The translations under genes were made by a program, and so were the position numbers. 64,000 bases of DNA from Nemertoderma westbladi (lineage: Eukaryota > Animalia > Xenacoelomorpha), in the NCBI GenBank assembly GCA_032718475.1, contig JAUCBJ010001100.1, positions 1-64,000 on the forward strand, in the 5' to 3' direction. Below the pieces are notes generated by a model. It saw only the letters and a program-made list of their open reading frames with translations, did no database searches and was not told the origin of the DNA. Numbering within the stretch: position 1 is the first letter of the stretch; each line of letters opens with the position of its first letter. This document shows positions 1-14,458 of the stretch, one piece after another.

Positions 1-1435
1 TATAGGCTTAATATTTAATTCAGCACCTGTCAGCCTGTGTACTGTTACTGTACATTAAGCCTAGATAATATTAATTTAAATATAAATTAGATCAGTGAAT
101 TTTTTAGTACCGGTATTTTAATATTTGGCAATATCAGAATATAGGCTAAATTTTATTTTCCACTTTTATTTTGTTATAAAATAAAGCATAGTAACCGGTA
201 TCATTGATCATTAATGCTTTATTTGATTAATTTACTTGGACCGGTATTCAACAATTAATTTTTAAATAAAATATAAAAATATAAATCTAAGAACAGAAGA
301 ATAGGTACACATTCAGACATTTCATTCATTACACAGATGTACGAGTCAGGGTTTAATTTAACAACACTGTGGCGTCACTGGCCGAAAACCAGTCAAGATA
401 AAACAGTAACTGGCGTCAAGTATGTGCGTTAAACTTATAAGTACTGGTACAAAGGTTGATTTGTTTATTACAACCCGGAAATTATAATTTCCGTCTGTCT
501 GTGTGTGGAAATTGTGTTTAGTGCTACCTGCAGACCTAATAAACGACTGAGAACTGACGTCAGTTTGGTTAAAACCGTATACCAGACAAGAATAAAATAT
601 CCAGCTGGCGTCGATTGTGGCTAAAGCCGTATGTCAATTCTGAGGTCGGTGTGACAGTGTAATAGGCTAGTCCTGTAGTCTGTCTCCTATACCAAGTCAG
701 GGGCGGACATCAAGTTTGGGTAAAACCGTAAACCAGTCAGGACAAGGCAGTAACTGGCGTCGAGTTTGGCAAAGGCCGTAAATCCGTCCAATTGTTGGTA
801 GAGAAGGCCTACCGGTAATAGTAATCAGGTAATTGCGTCCTGTAATTAATTTAATTATATAAGAAATATAATGAACATTAAAATGAATATTGCAATGAAT
901 ATTACTATGAATATTACTGTAGCGGCTAAAGGATAGCAGTGAGCTCATCCGTACAATAAACCGGAAACACCCTGCCGCTAAAAGACTTTCGGGCTTTTGA
1001 TATCACGCAGTTTGCCAGTGACGCTGCACTGCATTCACACCAGTCTGACAGTCGGTAACAGGACAGACAGATGACACACAGATAAACTAACACAGTCATA
1101 CATAAGACACTGAGACAGACACTAACAGACAAACTCACCAACCGAATGTGCTGGACACCTTTGAATGCGAGTTACCTGGTTGCAAGTGCACTGCAACTTA
1201 CATTAGGCATAAAGCACACACGCAGAAACCCCTAGGATCCAACGTGTGTAAGCTATGACAGCCTCACCAACGTCGCTTGCGAAAGGATGGATGGGGATGC
1301 GAGGCAAGGAAAACGCAGGTCCTGTTAAGATTCTCGGTCCGTCTCCATATTAATACAATGAACAGATGAATGATAAATAATAATCACCGGATCGGAATCA
1401 CTGATAAAACTGGTTAAATCTGTTAATGGCTAATT

Positions 1436-1473
1436 GACTAACTGGCAACTGGCAACTGACAACTGACAACTGG
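1436..1473. repeat. Short 7-bp tandem repeat (AACTGRC) x~5
   Basis: AACTGGC AACTGGC AACTGAC AACTGAC AACTGG read directly. Confidence 0.8.
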
Positions 1474-4400
1474 TAATATTCATAGGACTCTTCGCCCAAA
1501 AGTGGGTGTCCGGGAGGACGCAAAATAACAGTACCGGTACCGGTAATAAGATAAGACTGTAAGATACAGTAACTAAAGCACTGCAGCACTGTGACTAAAA
1601 GGTAAGTAAAAGAGCCTAGCTCCCATCACCATTGTATATCACTGAAAGGCTAACAGCCAATCAGAAACAAGCACCTGGCATTACAACTAGGGCCATTAAA
1701 TTATGACACTTACATCAGTATACTGAATAGATTTAACATGTTACACTTATCTGTACTTACAATAATTTTGGTTGGGGGTAGAATGCGTATTGGCGCTTAC
1801 AGTATAACTGCTCCACCATTCGCAGTATAACTGCTCCACCATTCACTCGCAGTATAACTGCTCCACCACTCATAATATACTGCTCCAATATTCACTCGCA
1901 GTATAACTGCTCCACCATTCACTCACAGTATAACTGCTCCACCATTCATTCACATTGTAACTGCTCCACCATTCATTCACAGTATAACTGCTCCACCATT
2001 CACTCACAGTATAACTGCTCCACCATTCACAGTATAACTGCTCCACCATTCGCAGTATAACTGCTCCACCATTCACTCGCAGTATAACTGCTCCACCACT
2101 CATAATATACTGCTCCACCATTCACAGTATAACTGCTCCACCATTCGCAGTATAACTGCTCCACCATTCACTCGCAGTATAACTGCTCCACCACTCATAA
2201 TATACTGCTCCAATATTCACTCGCAGTATAACTGCTCCACCATTCACTCATAGTATAATTGCTCCACCATTCACTCACAACTGCTCCACCATTCACAGTA
2301 TAACTGCTCCACCATTCGCAGTATAACTGCTCCACCATTCACTCACAGTATAACTGCTCCACCATTCACTCACAACTGCTCCACCATTCACAGTATAACT
2401 GCTCCACCATTCGCAGTATAACTGCTCCACCATTCACTCGCAGTATAACTGCTCCACCACTCATAATATACTGCTCCAATATTCACTCGCAGTATAACTG
2501 CTCCACCATTCACTCACAGTATAACTGCTCCACCATTCATTCACATTATAACTGCTCCACCATTCATTCACAGTATAACTGCTCCACCATTCACTCACAG
2601 TATAACTGCTCCACCATTCACAGTATAACTGCTCCACCATTCACAGTATAACTGCTCCACCATTCGCAGTATAACTGCTCCACCATTCACTCACAGTATA
2701 ACTGCTCCACCATTCGCAGTATAACTGCTCCACCATTCACTCACAACTGCTCCACCATTCACTCACAGTATAACTGCTCCACCATTCACAATATAACTGC
2801 TCCACCATTCACAGTATAACTGCTCCACCATTCGCAGTATAACTGCTCCACCATTCACTCACAGTATAACTGCTCCACCATTCGCAGTATAACTGCTCCA
2901 CCATTCACTCGCAGTATAACTGCTCCACCATTCATTCACAGTATAACTGCTCCACCATTCATTCACATTATAACTGCTCCACCATTCACTCACAACTGAT
3001 CCACCATTCACTCACAGTATAACTGCTCCACCATTCACTCACAACTGCTCCACCATTCACTCACAGTATAACTGCTCCACCATTCATTCACAGTATAACT
3101 GATCCACCATTCACTCACAGTATAACTGCTCCACCATTCATTCACAGTATAACTGCTCCACCATTCACAGTATAACTGCTCCGCCATTCACAGTATAACT
3201 GCTCCACCATTCGCAGTATAACTGCTCCACCATTCACTCACAGTATAACTGATCCACCATTCACTCACAGTATAACTGCTCCACCATTCATTCACAGTAT
3301 AACTGCTCCACCATTCATTCACAGTATAACTGCTCCACCATTCACAATATAACTGCTCCGCCATTCACTCGCAGTATAACTGCTCCACCATTCATTCACA
3401 GAATAACTGATCCACCATTCACTCACAGTATAACTGCTCCACCATTCATTCACAGTATAACTGCTCCACCATTCATTCACAGTATAACTGCTCCACCATT
3501 CACAATATAACTGCTCCACCATTCACTCGCAGTATAACTGCTCCACCATTCGCTCACAGTATAACTGCTCCACCATTCACTCACAGTATAACTGCTCCAC
3601 CATTCGCAGTATAACTGCTCCACCATTCATAGTATAACTGATCCACCATTCACAGTATAACTGCTCTGCCATTCACAGTATAACTGCTCCGCCATTCGCA
3701 GTATAACTGCTCCACCATTTGCAGTATAACTGCTCCACCATTCATAGTATAACTGATCCACCATTCACTCGCAGTATAACTGCTCCACCATTCACTCGCA
3801 GTATAACTGCTCCACCACTCACAATATACTGCTCCACTATTCACTCGCAGTATAACTGCTCCACCATTCATTCACAGTATAACTGCTCCACCATTCACTC
3901 ACAACTGCTCCACCATTCACTCACAGTATAACTGCTCCACCATTCATTCACAGTATAACTGATCCACCATTCACAGTATAACTGTTCCACCATTCATTCA
4001 CAGTATAACTGCTCCACCATTCACTCACAGTATAACTGCTCCACCATTCATTCACAGTATAACTGCTCCACCATTCACTCACAACTGCTCCACCATTCAC
4101 TCACAGTATAACTGCTCCACCATTCATTCACAGTATAACTGCTCCACCATTCACAATATAACTGCTCCACCATTCACTCGCAGTATAACTGTTCCACCAT
4201 TCACTCACAGTATAACTGCTCCACCATTCACTCGCAGTATAACTGCTCCACCATTCACTCACAGTATAACTGCTCCACCATTCGCAGTATAACTGCTCCA
4301 CCATTCATAGTATAACTGATCCACCATTCACAGTATAACTGCTCTGCCATTCACAGTATAACTGCTCCGCCATTCGCAGTATAACTGCTCCACCATTCGC

Positions 4401-7099
4401 AGTATAACTGCTCCACCATTCACTCACAGTATAACTGCTCCACCATTCACTCACAGTATAACTGCTCCACCATTTACTCACAGTATAACTGCTCCACCAT
4501 TCACTCACAGTATAACTGCTCCACCATTCACTCACAGTATAACTGCTCCACCATTCGCAGTATAACTGCTCCACCATTCACAGTATAACTGTTCCACCAT
4601 TCATAGTATAACTCATCCACCACTCACAGTATAACTGCTCCGCCATTCGCAGTATATCTGCTCCGCCATTCGCAGTATAACTGCTCCACCATTCGCAGTA
4701 TAACTGCTCCACCATTCACTCACAGTATAACTGCTCCACCATTCACTCACAGTATAACTGCTCCACCATTCACTCACAGTATAACTGCTCCACCATTCAC
4801 TCGCAGTATAACTGCTCCACCATTCACTCGCAGTATAACTGCTCCACCATTCGCAGTATAACTGCTCCACCATTCACAGTATAACTGCTCCACCATTCAC
4901 AGTATAACTGCTCCACCATTCACTCACAGTATAACTGCTCCACCATTCACAGTATAACTGCTCCACCATTCACTCACAGTATAACTGCTCCACCATTCAC
5001 TCACAGTATAACTGCTCCACCATTCACTCGCAGTATAACTGCTCCACCATTCACTCACAGTATAACTGCTCCACCATTCACTCACAGTATAACTGCTCCG
5101 CCATTCACTCGCAGTATAACTGCTCCACCATTCACTCACAGTATAACTGCTCCGCCATTCGCAGTATAACTGCTCCGCCATTCGCAGTATAACTGCTCCG
5201 CCATTCGCATTATAACTGCTCCACCATTCGCAGTATAACTGCTCTACCATTCACTCACAGTATAACTGCTCCACCATTCACTCACAGTATAACTGCTCCA
5301 CCATTCACTCGCAGTATAACTGCTCCACCATTCACTCGCAGTATAACTGCTGCACCATTCGCAGTATAACTGCTCCACCATTCACTCCCAGTATAACTGC
5401 TCCACCATTCACTCACAGTATAACTGCTCCACTATTCACTCGCAGTATAACTGCTCCACCATTCACTCGCAGTATAACTGCTCCACCATTCGCAGTATAA
5501 CCGCTCCACCATTCACTCACAGTATAACTGCTCCACCATTCACTCACAGTATAACTGCTCCACCATTCACTCACAGTATAACTGCTCCGCCATTCGCAGT
5601 ATAACTGCTCCGCCATTCGCAGTATAACTGCTCCGCCATTCGCATTATAACTGCTCCACCATTCGCAGTATAACTGCTCCACCATTCACTCACAGTATAA
5701 CTGCTCCACCATTCACTCACAGTATAACTGCTCCACCATTCACTCACAGTATAACTGCTCCACCATTCACAGTATAACTGCTCCACCATTCACTCACAGT
5801 ATAACTGCTCCACCATTCACTCACAGTATAGCTGCTCCACCATTCATTCACAGTATAACTGCTCCACCATTCGCTCACAGTATAACTGTTCCACCATTCA
5901 CTCACAGTATAACTGCTCCACCATTCACAGTATAACTGCTCCACCATTCACTCACAGTATAACTGCTCCACCATTCACTCACAGTATAGCTGCTCCACCA
6001 TTCACTCACAGTATAACTGCTCCACCATTCACTCACAGTATAACTGCTCCACCATTCACTCACAGTATAACTGCTCCACCATTCACTCACAGTATAACTG
6101 CTCCACCATTCATAGTATAACTGCTCCACCATTCACAGTATAACTGCTCCACCATTCACTCACAGTATAACTGCTCCACCATTCACTCACAGTATAACTG
6201 CTCCACCATTCATAGTATAACTGCTCCACCATTCATTCACAGTATAACTGCTCCACCATTCACAATATAACTGATCCACCATTCACTCGCAGTATAACTG
6301 CTCCACCATTCACTCACAGTATAACTGCTCCACCATTCACTCACAGTATAACTGCTCCACCATTCACTCGCAGTATAACTGCTCCACCATTCACTCGCAG
6401 TATAACTGCTCCACCATTCGCAGTATAACTGCTCCACCATTCACTCACAGTATAACTGCTCCACCATTCACTCACAGTATAACTGCTCCACCATTCACTC
6501 GCAGTATAACTGCTCCACCATTCGCAGTATAACTGCTCCACCATTCACTCACAGTATAACTGCTCCACCATTCACTCACAGTATAACTGCTCCACCATTC
6601 ACTCACAGTATAACTGCTCCGCCATTCGCAGTATAACTGCTCCGCCATTCGCAGTATAACTGCTCCGCCATTCGCATTATAACTGCTCCACCATTCGCAG
6701 TATAACTGCTCCACCATTCACTCACAGTATAACTGCTCCACCATTCACTCACAGTATAACTGCTCCACCATTCACAGTATAACTGCTCCACCATTCACTC
6801 ACAGTATAACTGCTCCACCATTCACTCACAGTATAACTGCTCCACCATTCATTCACAGTATTAACTGCTCCACCATTCGCTCACAGTATAACTGCTCCAC
6901 CATTCACTCGCAGTATAACTGCTCCACCATTCACTCACAGTATAACTGCTCCACCATTCACTCACAGTATAACTGCTCCACCATTCACTCACAGTATAAC
7001 TGCTCCACCATTCACTCACAGTATAACTGCTCCACCATTCATAGTATAACTGCTCCACCATTCACTCGCAGTATAACTGCTCCACCATTCACTCACAGT

Positions 7100-10000
7100 A
7101 TAACTGCTCCACCATTCATAGTATAACTGCTCCACCATTCACAGTATAACTGCTCCACCATTCACTCACAGTATAACTGCTCCACCATTCACTCACAGTA
7201 TAACTGCTCCACCATTCATAGTATAACTGCTCCACCATTCATTCACAGTATAACTGCTCCACCATTCACAATATAACTGCTCCACCATTCACTCGCAGTA
7301 TAACTGCTCCACCATTCACTCACAGTATAACTGCTCCACCATTCACTCACAGTATAACTGCTCCACCATTCACTCACAATATAACTGCTCCACCATTCGC
7401 AGTATAACTGCTCCACCATTCATAGTATATCTCATCCACCATTCACAGTATAACTGCTCCGCCATTCGCAGTATAACTGCTCCGCCATTCGCAGTATAAC
7501 TGCTCCGCCATTCGCAGTATAACTGCTCCGCCATTCGCAGTATAACTGCTCCACCATTCGCAGTATAACTGCTCCACCATTCACTCGCAGTATAACTGCT
7601 CCGCCATTCACAGTATAACTGCTCCACCACTCACAGTATAACTGCTCCGCCATTCACAGTATAACTGCTCCGCCATTCACAGTATAACTGCTCCACCATT
7701 CACAGTATAACTGCTCCACCACTCACAGTATAACTGCTCCGCCATTCACAGTATAACTGCTCCACCATTCGCTGTATAACTGCTCCACCATTCACAGTAT
7801 AACTGCTCCGCCATTCACTCACAGTATAACTGCTCCACCATTCACAGTATAACTGCTCCACCATTCATAGTATAACTGATCCACCATTCACAGTATAACT
7901 GCTCCGCCATTCGCTGTATAACTGCTCCACCATTCATAGTATATCTCATCCACCATTCACAGTATAACTGCTCCGCCATTCGCTGTATAACTGCTCCACC
8001 ATTCGCAGTATAACTGCTCCACCATTCACTCACAGTATAACTGCTCCGCCATTCACAGTATAACTGCTCCACCATTCACAGTATAACTGCTCCGCCATTC
8101 ACAGCTCACAACTGCTCCACCATTCACTCACAGTATAACTGCTCCACCATTCATTCACAGTATAACTGCTCCACCATTCACAGCATAACTGCTCCACCAT
8201 TCGCAGTATAACTGCTCCACCATTCTCTCACAGTATAACTGCTCCACCATTCGCAGTATAACTGCTCCACCATTCACAGTATAACTGCTCCACCATTCGC
8301 AGTATAACTGCTCCACCATTCACTCGCAGTATAACTGCTCCACCATTCATTCACAGTATAACTGCTCCACCATTCACTTCACAGCATAACTGCTCCACCA
8401 TTCGCAGTATAACTGCTCCACCATTCACTCACAGTATAACTGCTCCACCATTCACAATATAACTGTTCCACCATTCACTCGCAGTATAACTGCTTCACCT
8501 TTCACTCACAGTATAACTGCTCAACCATTCACTCACAGTATAACTGCTCCACCATTCACAATATAACTGATCCACCATTCACTCACAGTATAACTGCTCC
8601 ACCATTCATTCACAGTATAACTGCTCCACCATTCGCAGTATAACTGCTCCACCATTCACAGTATAACTGCTCCACCATTCACAGTATAACTGCTCCACCA
8701 TTCGCAGTATAACTGCTCCACCATTCACAGTATAACTGCTCCACCATTCGCAGTATAACTGCTCCACCATTCATTCACAGTATAACTGCTCCACCATTCG
8801 CAGTATAACTGCTCCACCATTCACAGTATAACTGCTCCACCAATCGCAGTATAACTGCTCCACCATTCACTCGCAGTATAACTGCTCCACCATTCATTCA
8901 CAGTATAACTGCTCCACCATTCACTTCACAGCATAACTGCTCCACCATTCGCAGTATAACTGCTCCACCATTCACTCACAGTATAACTGCTCCACCATTC
9001 ACAATATAACTGCTCCACCATTCACTCGCAGTATAACTGCTTCACCTTTCACTCACAGTATAACTGCTCAACCATTCACTCACAGTATAACTGCTCCACC
9101 ATTCACAATATAACTGATCCACCATTCACAGTATAACTGCTCCGCCATTCACAGTATAACTGCTCCACCATTCGCAGTATAACTGCTCCACCATTCACTC
9201 GCAGTATAACTGCTCCACCATTCACAATATAACTGATCCACCATTCACAGTATAACTGCTCCGCCATTCACAGTATAACTGCTCCACCATTCGCAGTATA
9301 ACTGCTCCACCATTCACTCGCAGTATAACTGCTTCACCTTTCACTCACAGTATAACTGCTCAACCATTCACTCACAGTATAACTGCTCCACCATTCACAA
9401 TATAACTGATCCACCATTCACTCACAGTATAACTGCTCCACCATTCGCAGTATAACTGCTCCACCATTCACTCACAGTATAACTGCTCCACCATTCACAG
9501 TATAACTGCTCCACCATTCGCAGTATAACTGCTCCACCATTCACAATATAACTGATCCACCATTCACAGTATAACTGCTCCGCCATTCACAGTATAACTG
9601 CTCCACCATTCGCAGTATAACTGCTCCACCATTCACTCGCAGTATAACTGCTTCACCTTTCACTCACAGTATAACTGCTCAACCATTCACTCACAGTATA
9701 ACTGCTCCACCATTCACAGTATAACTGCTCCGCCATTCACAGTATAACTGCTCCACCATTCGCAGTATAACTGCTCAACCATTCACTCACAGTATAACTG
9801 CTCCACCATTCACAATATAACCGATCCACCATTCACAGTATAACTGCTCCGCCATTCACAGTATAACTGCTCCACCATTCGCAGTATAACTGCTCCACCA
9901 TTCACTCACAGTATAACTGCTCCACCATTCACAATATAACTGCTCCACCATTCACTCGCAGTATAACTGCTTCACCTTTCACTCACAGTATAACTGCTCA

Positions 10001-13000
10001 ACCATTCACTCACAGTATAACTGCTCCACCATTCACAATATAACTGATCCACCATTCACAGTATAACTGCTCCGCCATTCACAGTATAACTGCTCCACCA
10101 TTCACTCGCAGTATAACTGCTCCACCATTCGCAGTATAACTGCTCCACCATTCACTCACAGTATAACTGCTCCACCATTCACTCACAGTATAACTGCTCC
10201 ACCATTCACTCACAGTATAACTGCTCCACCATTCATAGTATAACTGCTCCACCATTCATTCACAGTATAACTGCTCCACCATTCACAATATAACTGCTCC
10301 ACCATTCACTCGCAGTATAACTGCTCCACCATTCACTCACAGTATAACTGCTCCACCATTCACTCACAGTATAACTGCTCCACCATTCACTCACAATATA
10401 ACTGCTCCACCATTCGCAGTATAACTGCTCCACCATTCATAGTATAACTCATCCACCATTCACAGTATAACTGCTCCACCATTCGCAGTATAACTGCTCC
10501 GCCATTCAGCAGTATAACTGCTCCACCATTCGCAGTATAACTGCTCCGCCATTCGCAGTATAACTGCTCCACCATTCGCAGTATAACTGCTCCACCATTC
10601 ACTCGCAGTATAACTGCTCCGCCATTCACAGTATAACTGCTCCACCACTCACAGTATAACTGCTCCACCATTCACAGTATAACTGCTCCACCATTCACAG
10701 TATAACTGCTCCACCATTCACAGTATAACTGCTCCACCACTCACAGTATAACTGCTCCACCATTCACAGTATAACTGCTCCACCATTCGCTGTATAACTG
10801 CTCCACCATTCACAGTATAACTGCTCCGCCATTCACTCACAGTATAACTGCTCCACCATTCACAGTATAACTGCTCCACCATTCATCCAGTATAACTGAT
10901 CCACCATTCACAGTATAACTGCTCCGCCATTCGCTGTATAACTGCTCCACCATTCATAGTATATCTCATCCACCATTCACAGTATAACTGCTCCGCCATT
11001 CGCTGTATAACTGCTCCACCATTCGCAGTATAACTGCTCCACCATTCACTCACAGTATAACTGCTCCACCATCTCACAGTATAACTGCTCCACCATTCAC
11101 AGAATAACTGCTCCGCCATTCATAGTATAACTGCTCCGCCATTAGCTCACAACTGCTCCACCATTCACTCACAGTATAACTGCTCCACCATTCATTCACA
11201 GTATAACTGCTCCACCATTCACAGCATAACTGCGCCACCATTCGCAGTATAACTGCTCCACCATTCTCTCACAGTATAACTGCTCCACCATTCGCAGTAT
11301 AACTGCTCCACCATTCACAGTATAACTGCTCCACCATTCGCAGTATAACTGCTCCACCATTCACTCGCAGTATAACTGCTCCACCATTCATTCACAGTAT
11401 AACTGCTCCACCATTCACTTCACAGCATAACTGCTCCACCATTCGCAGTATAACTGCTCCACCATTCACTCACAGTATAACTGCTCCACCATTCACAATA
11501 TAACTGTTCCACCATTCACTCGCAGTATAACTGCTTCACCTTTCACTCACAGTATAACTGCTCAACCATTCACTCACAGTATAACTGCTCCACCATTCAC
11601 AATATAACTGATCCACCATTCACTCACAGTATAACTGCTCCACCATTCATTCACAGTATAACTGCTCCACCATTCGCAGTATAACTGCTCCACCATTCAC
11701 AGTATAACTGCTCCACCATTCACAGTATAACTGCTCCACCATTCGCAGTATAACTGCTCCACCATTCACAGTATAACTGCTCCACCATTCGCAGTATAAC
11801 TGCTCCACCATTCATTCACAGTATAACTGCTCCACCATTCGCAGTATAACTGCTCCACCATTCACAGTATAACTGCTCCACCAATCGCAGTATAACTGCT
11901 CCACCATTCACTCGCAGTATAACTGCTCCACCATTCATTCACAGTATAACTGCTCCACCATTCACTTCACAGCATAACTGCTCCACCATTCGCAGTATAA
12001 CTGCTCCACCATTCACTCACAGTATAACTGCTCCACCATTCACAATATAACTGCTCCACCATTCACTCGCAGTATAACTGCTTCACCTTTCACTCACAGT
12101 ATAACTGCTCAACCATTCACTCACAGTATAACTGCTCCACCATTCACAATATAACTGATCCACCATTCACAGTATAACTGCTCCGCCATTCACAGTATAA
12201 CTGCTCCACCATTCGCAGTATAACTGCTCCACCATTCACTCGCAGTATAACTGCTCCACCATTCACAATATAACTGATCCACCATTCACAGTATAACTGC
12301 TCCACCATTCGCAGTATAACTGCTCCACCATTCACTCGCAGTATAACTGCTTCACCTTTCACTCACAGTATAACTGCTCAACCATTCACTCACAGTATAA
12401 CTGCTCCACCATTCACAATATAACTGATCCACCATTCACTCACAGTATAACTGCTCCACCATTCGCAGTATAACTGCTCCACCATTCACTCACAGTATAA
12501 CTGCTCCACCATTCACAGTATAACTGCTCCACCATTCGCAGTATAACTGCTCCACCATTCACAATATAACTGATCCACCATTCACAGTATAACTGCTCCG
12601 CCATTCACAGTATAACTGCTCCACCATTCGCAGTATAACTGCTCCACCATTCACTCGCAGTATAACTGCTTCACCTTTCACTCACAGTATAACTGCTCAA
12701 CCATTCACTCACAGTATAACTGCTCCACCATTCACAGTATAACTGCTCCGCCATTCACAGTATAACTGCTCCACCATTCGCAGTATAACTGCTCAACCAT
12801 TCACTCACAGTATAACTGCTCCACCATTCACAATATAACCGATCCACCATTCACAGTATAACTGCTCCGCCATTCACAGTATAACTGCTCCACCATTCGC
12901 AGTATAACTGCTCCACCATTCACTCACAGTATAACTGCTCCACCATTCACAATATAACTGCTCCACCATTCACTCGCAGTATAACTGCTTCACCTTTCAC

Positions 13001-13100
13001 TCACAGTATAACTGCTCAACCATTCACTCACAGTATAACTGCTCCACCATTCACAATATAACTGATCCACCATTCACAGTATAACTGCTCCGCCATTCAC
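7100..13100 (+). repeat. ~3.0-kb tandem duplication inside the satellite
   Basis: Diagnostic variants recur at ~3.02-3.04 kb offset: CATTCTCTCA 8221/11262, CAATCGCAG 8841/11882, AACCGATCC 9819/12837; borders approximate. Confidence 0.8.
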
Positions 13101-14458
13101 AGTATAACTGCTCCACCATTCACAATATACTGCTCCACCATTCACTCGCAGTATAACTGCTCCACCATTCATTCACAATATAACTGATCCACCATTCACA
13201 GTATAACTGCTCCGCCATTCACAGCATAACTGCTCCACCATTCGCAGTATAACTGCTCCACCATTCTCTCACAGTATAACTGCTCCACCATTCACAGTAT
13301 AACTGCTCCACCATTCGCAGTATAACTGCTCCACCATTCACTCGCAGTATAACTGCTCCACCATTCACAATATAACTGATCCACCATTCACAGTATAACT
13401 GCTCCGCCATTCACAGTATAACTGCTCCACCATTCGCAGTATAACTGCTCCACCATTCACTCGCAGTATAACTGCTCCACCACTCACAATATACTGCTCC
13501 AATATTCACTCGCAGTATAACTGCTCCACCATTCCCTCACAGTATAACTGCTCCACCATTCATTCACATTATAACTGCTCCACCATTCACTCACAACTGC
13601 TCCACCATTCACTCACAGTATAACTGCTCCACCATTCACAATATAACTGCTCCACCATTCACAGTATAACTGCTCCACCATTCACTCACAGTATAACTAC
13701 TCCACCATTCGCAGTATAACTGCTCCACCATTCACTCACAGTATAACTGCTCCACCATTCACTCACAGTATAACTGCTCCACCATTCACAGTATAACTGC
13801 TCCACCATTCACTCGCAGTATAACTGCTCCACCATTCACTCACAACTGCTCCACCATTCACTCACAGTATAACTGCTCCACCATTCACAGTATAACTGCT
13901 CCACCATTCACTCGCAGTATAACTGCTCCACCACTCACAATATACTGCTCCAATATTCACTCGCAGTATAACTGATCCACCATTCATTCACATTATAACT
14001 GCTCCACCATTCACTCACAACTGCTCCACCATTCACTCACAGTATAACTGATCCACCATTCATTCACAGTATAACTGATCCACCATTCACTCACAGTATA
14101 ACTGCTCCACCATTCACTCACAACTGCTCCACCATTCACAGTATAACTGCTCCACCATTCACAGTATAACTGCTCCACCATTCGCAGTATAACTGATCCA
14201 CCATTCACTCGCAGTATAACTGCTCCACCACTCATAATATACTGCTCCAATATTCACTCGCAGTATAACTGATCCACCATTCATTCACATTATAACTGCT
14301 CCACCATTCACTCACAACTGCTCCACCATTCACTCACAGTATAACTGATCCACCATTCATTCACAGTATAACTGATCCACCATTCACTCACAGTATAACT
14401 GCTCCACCATTCACTCACAACTGCTCCACCATTCACAGTATAACTGCTCCACCATTCA

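Noticed and set aside
1134-1350. Minus-strand first exon (ATG at 1348, GGTGAG donor at 1139)
   Set aside because: ATG frame stops after seven codons and the other frames also contain stops
100-1545. Recurrent ACCGGT / TAGGCT words as specific regulatory sites
   Set aside because: Short words scattered in AT-rich DNA; may be a genome-wide compositional bias and cannot be evaluated from one window
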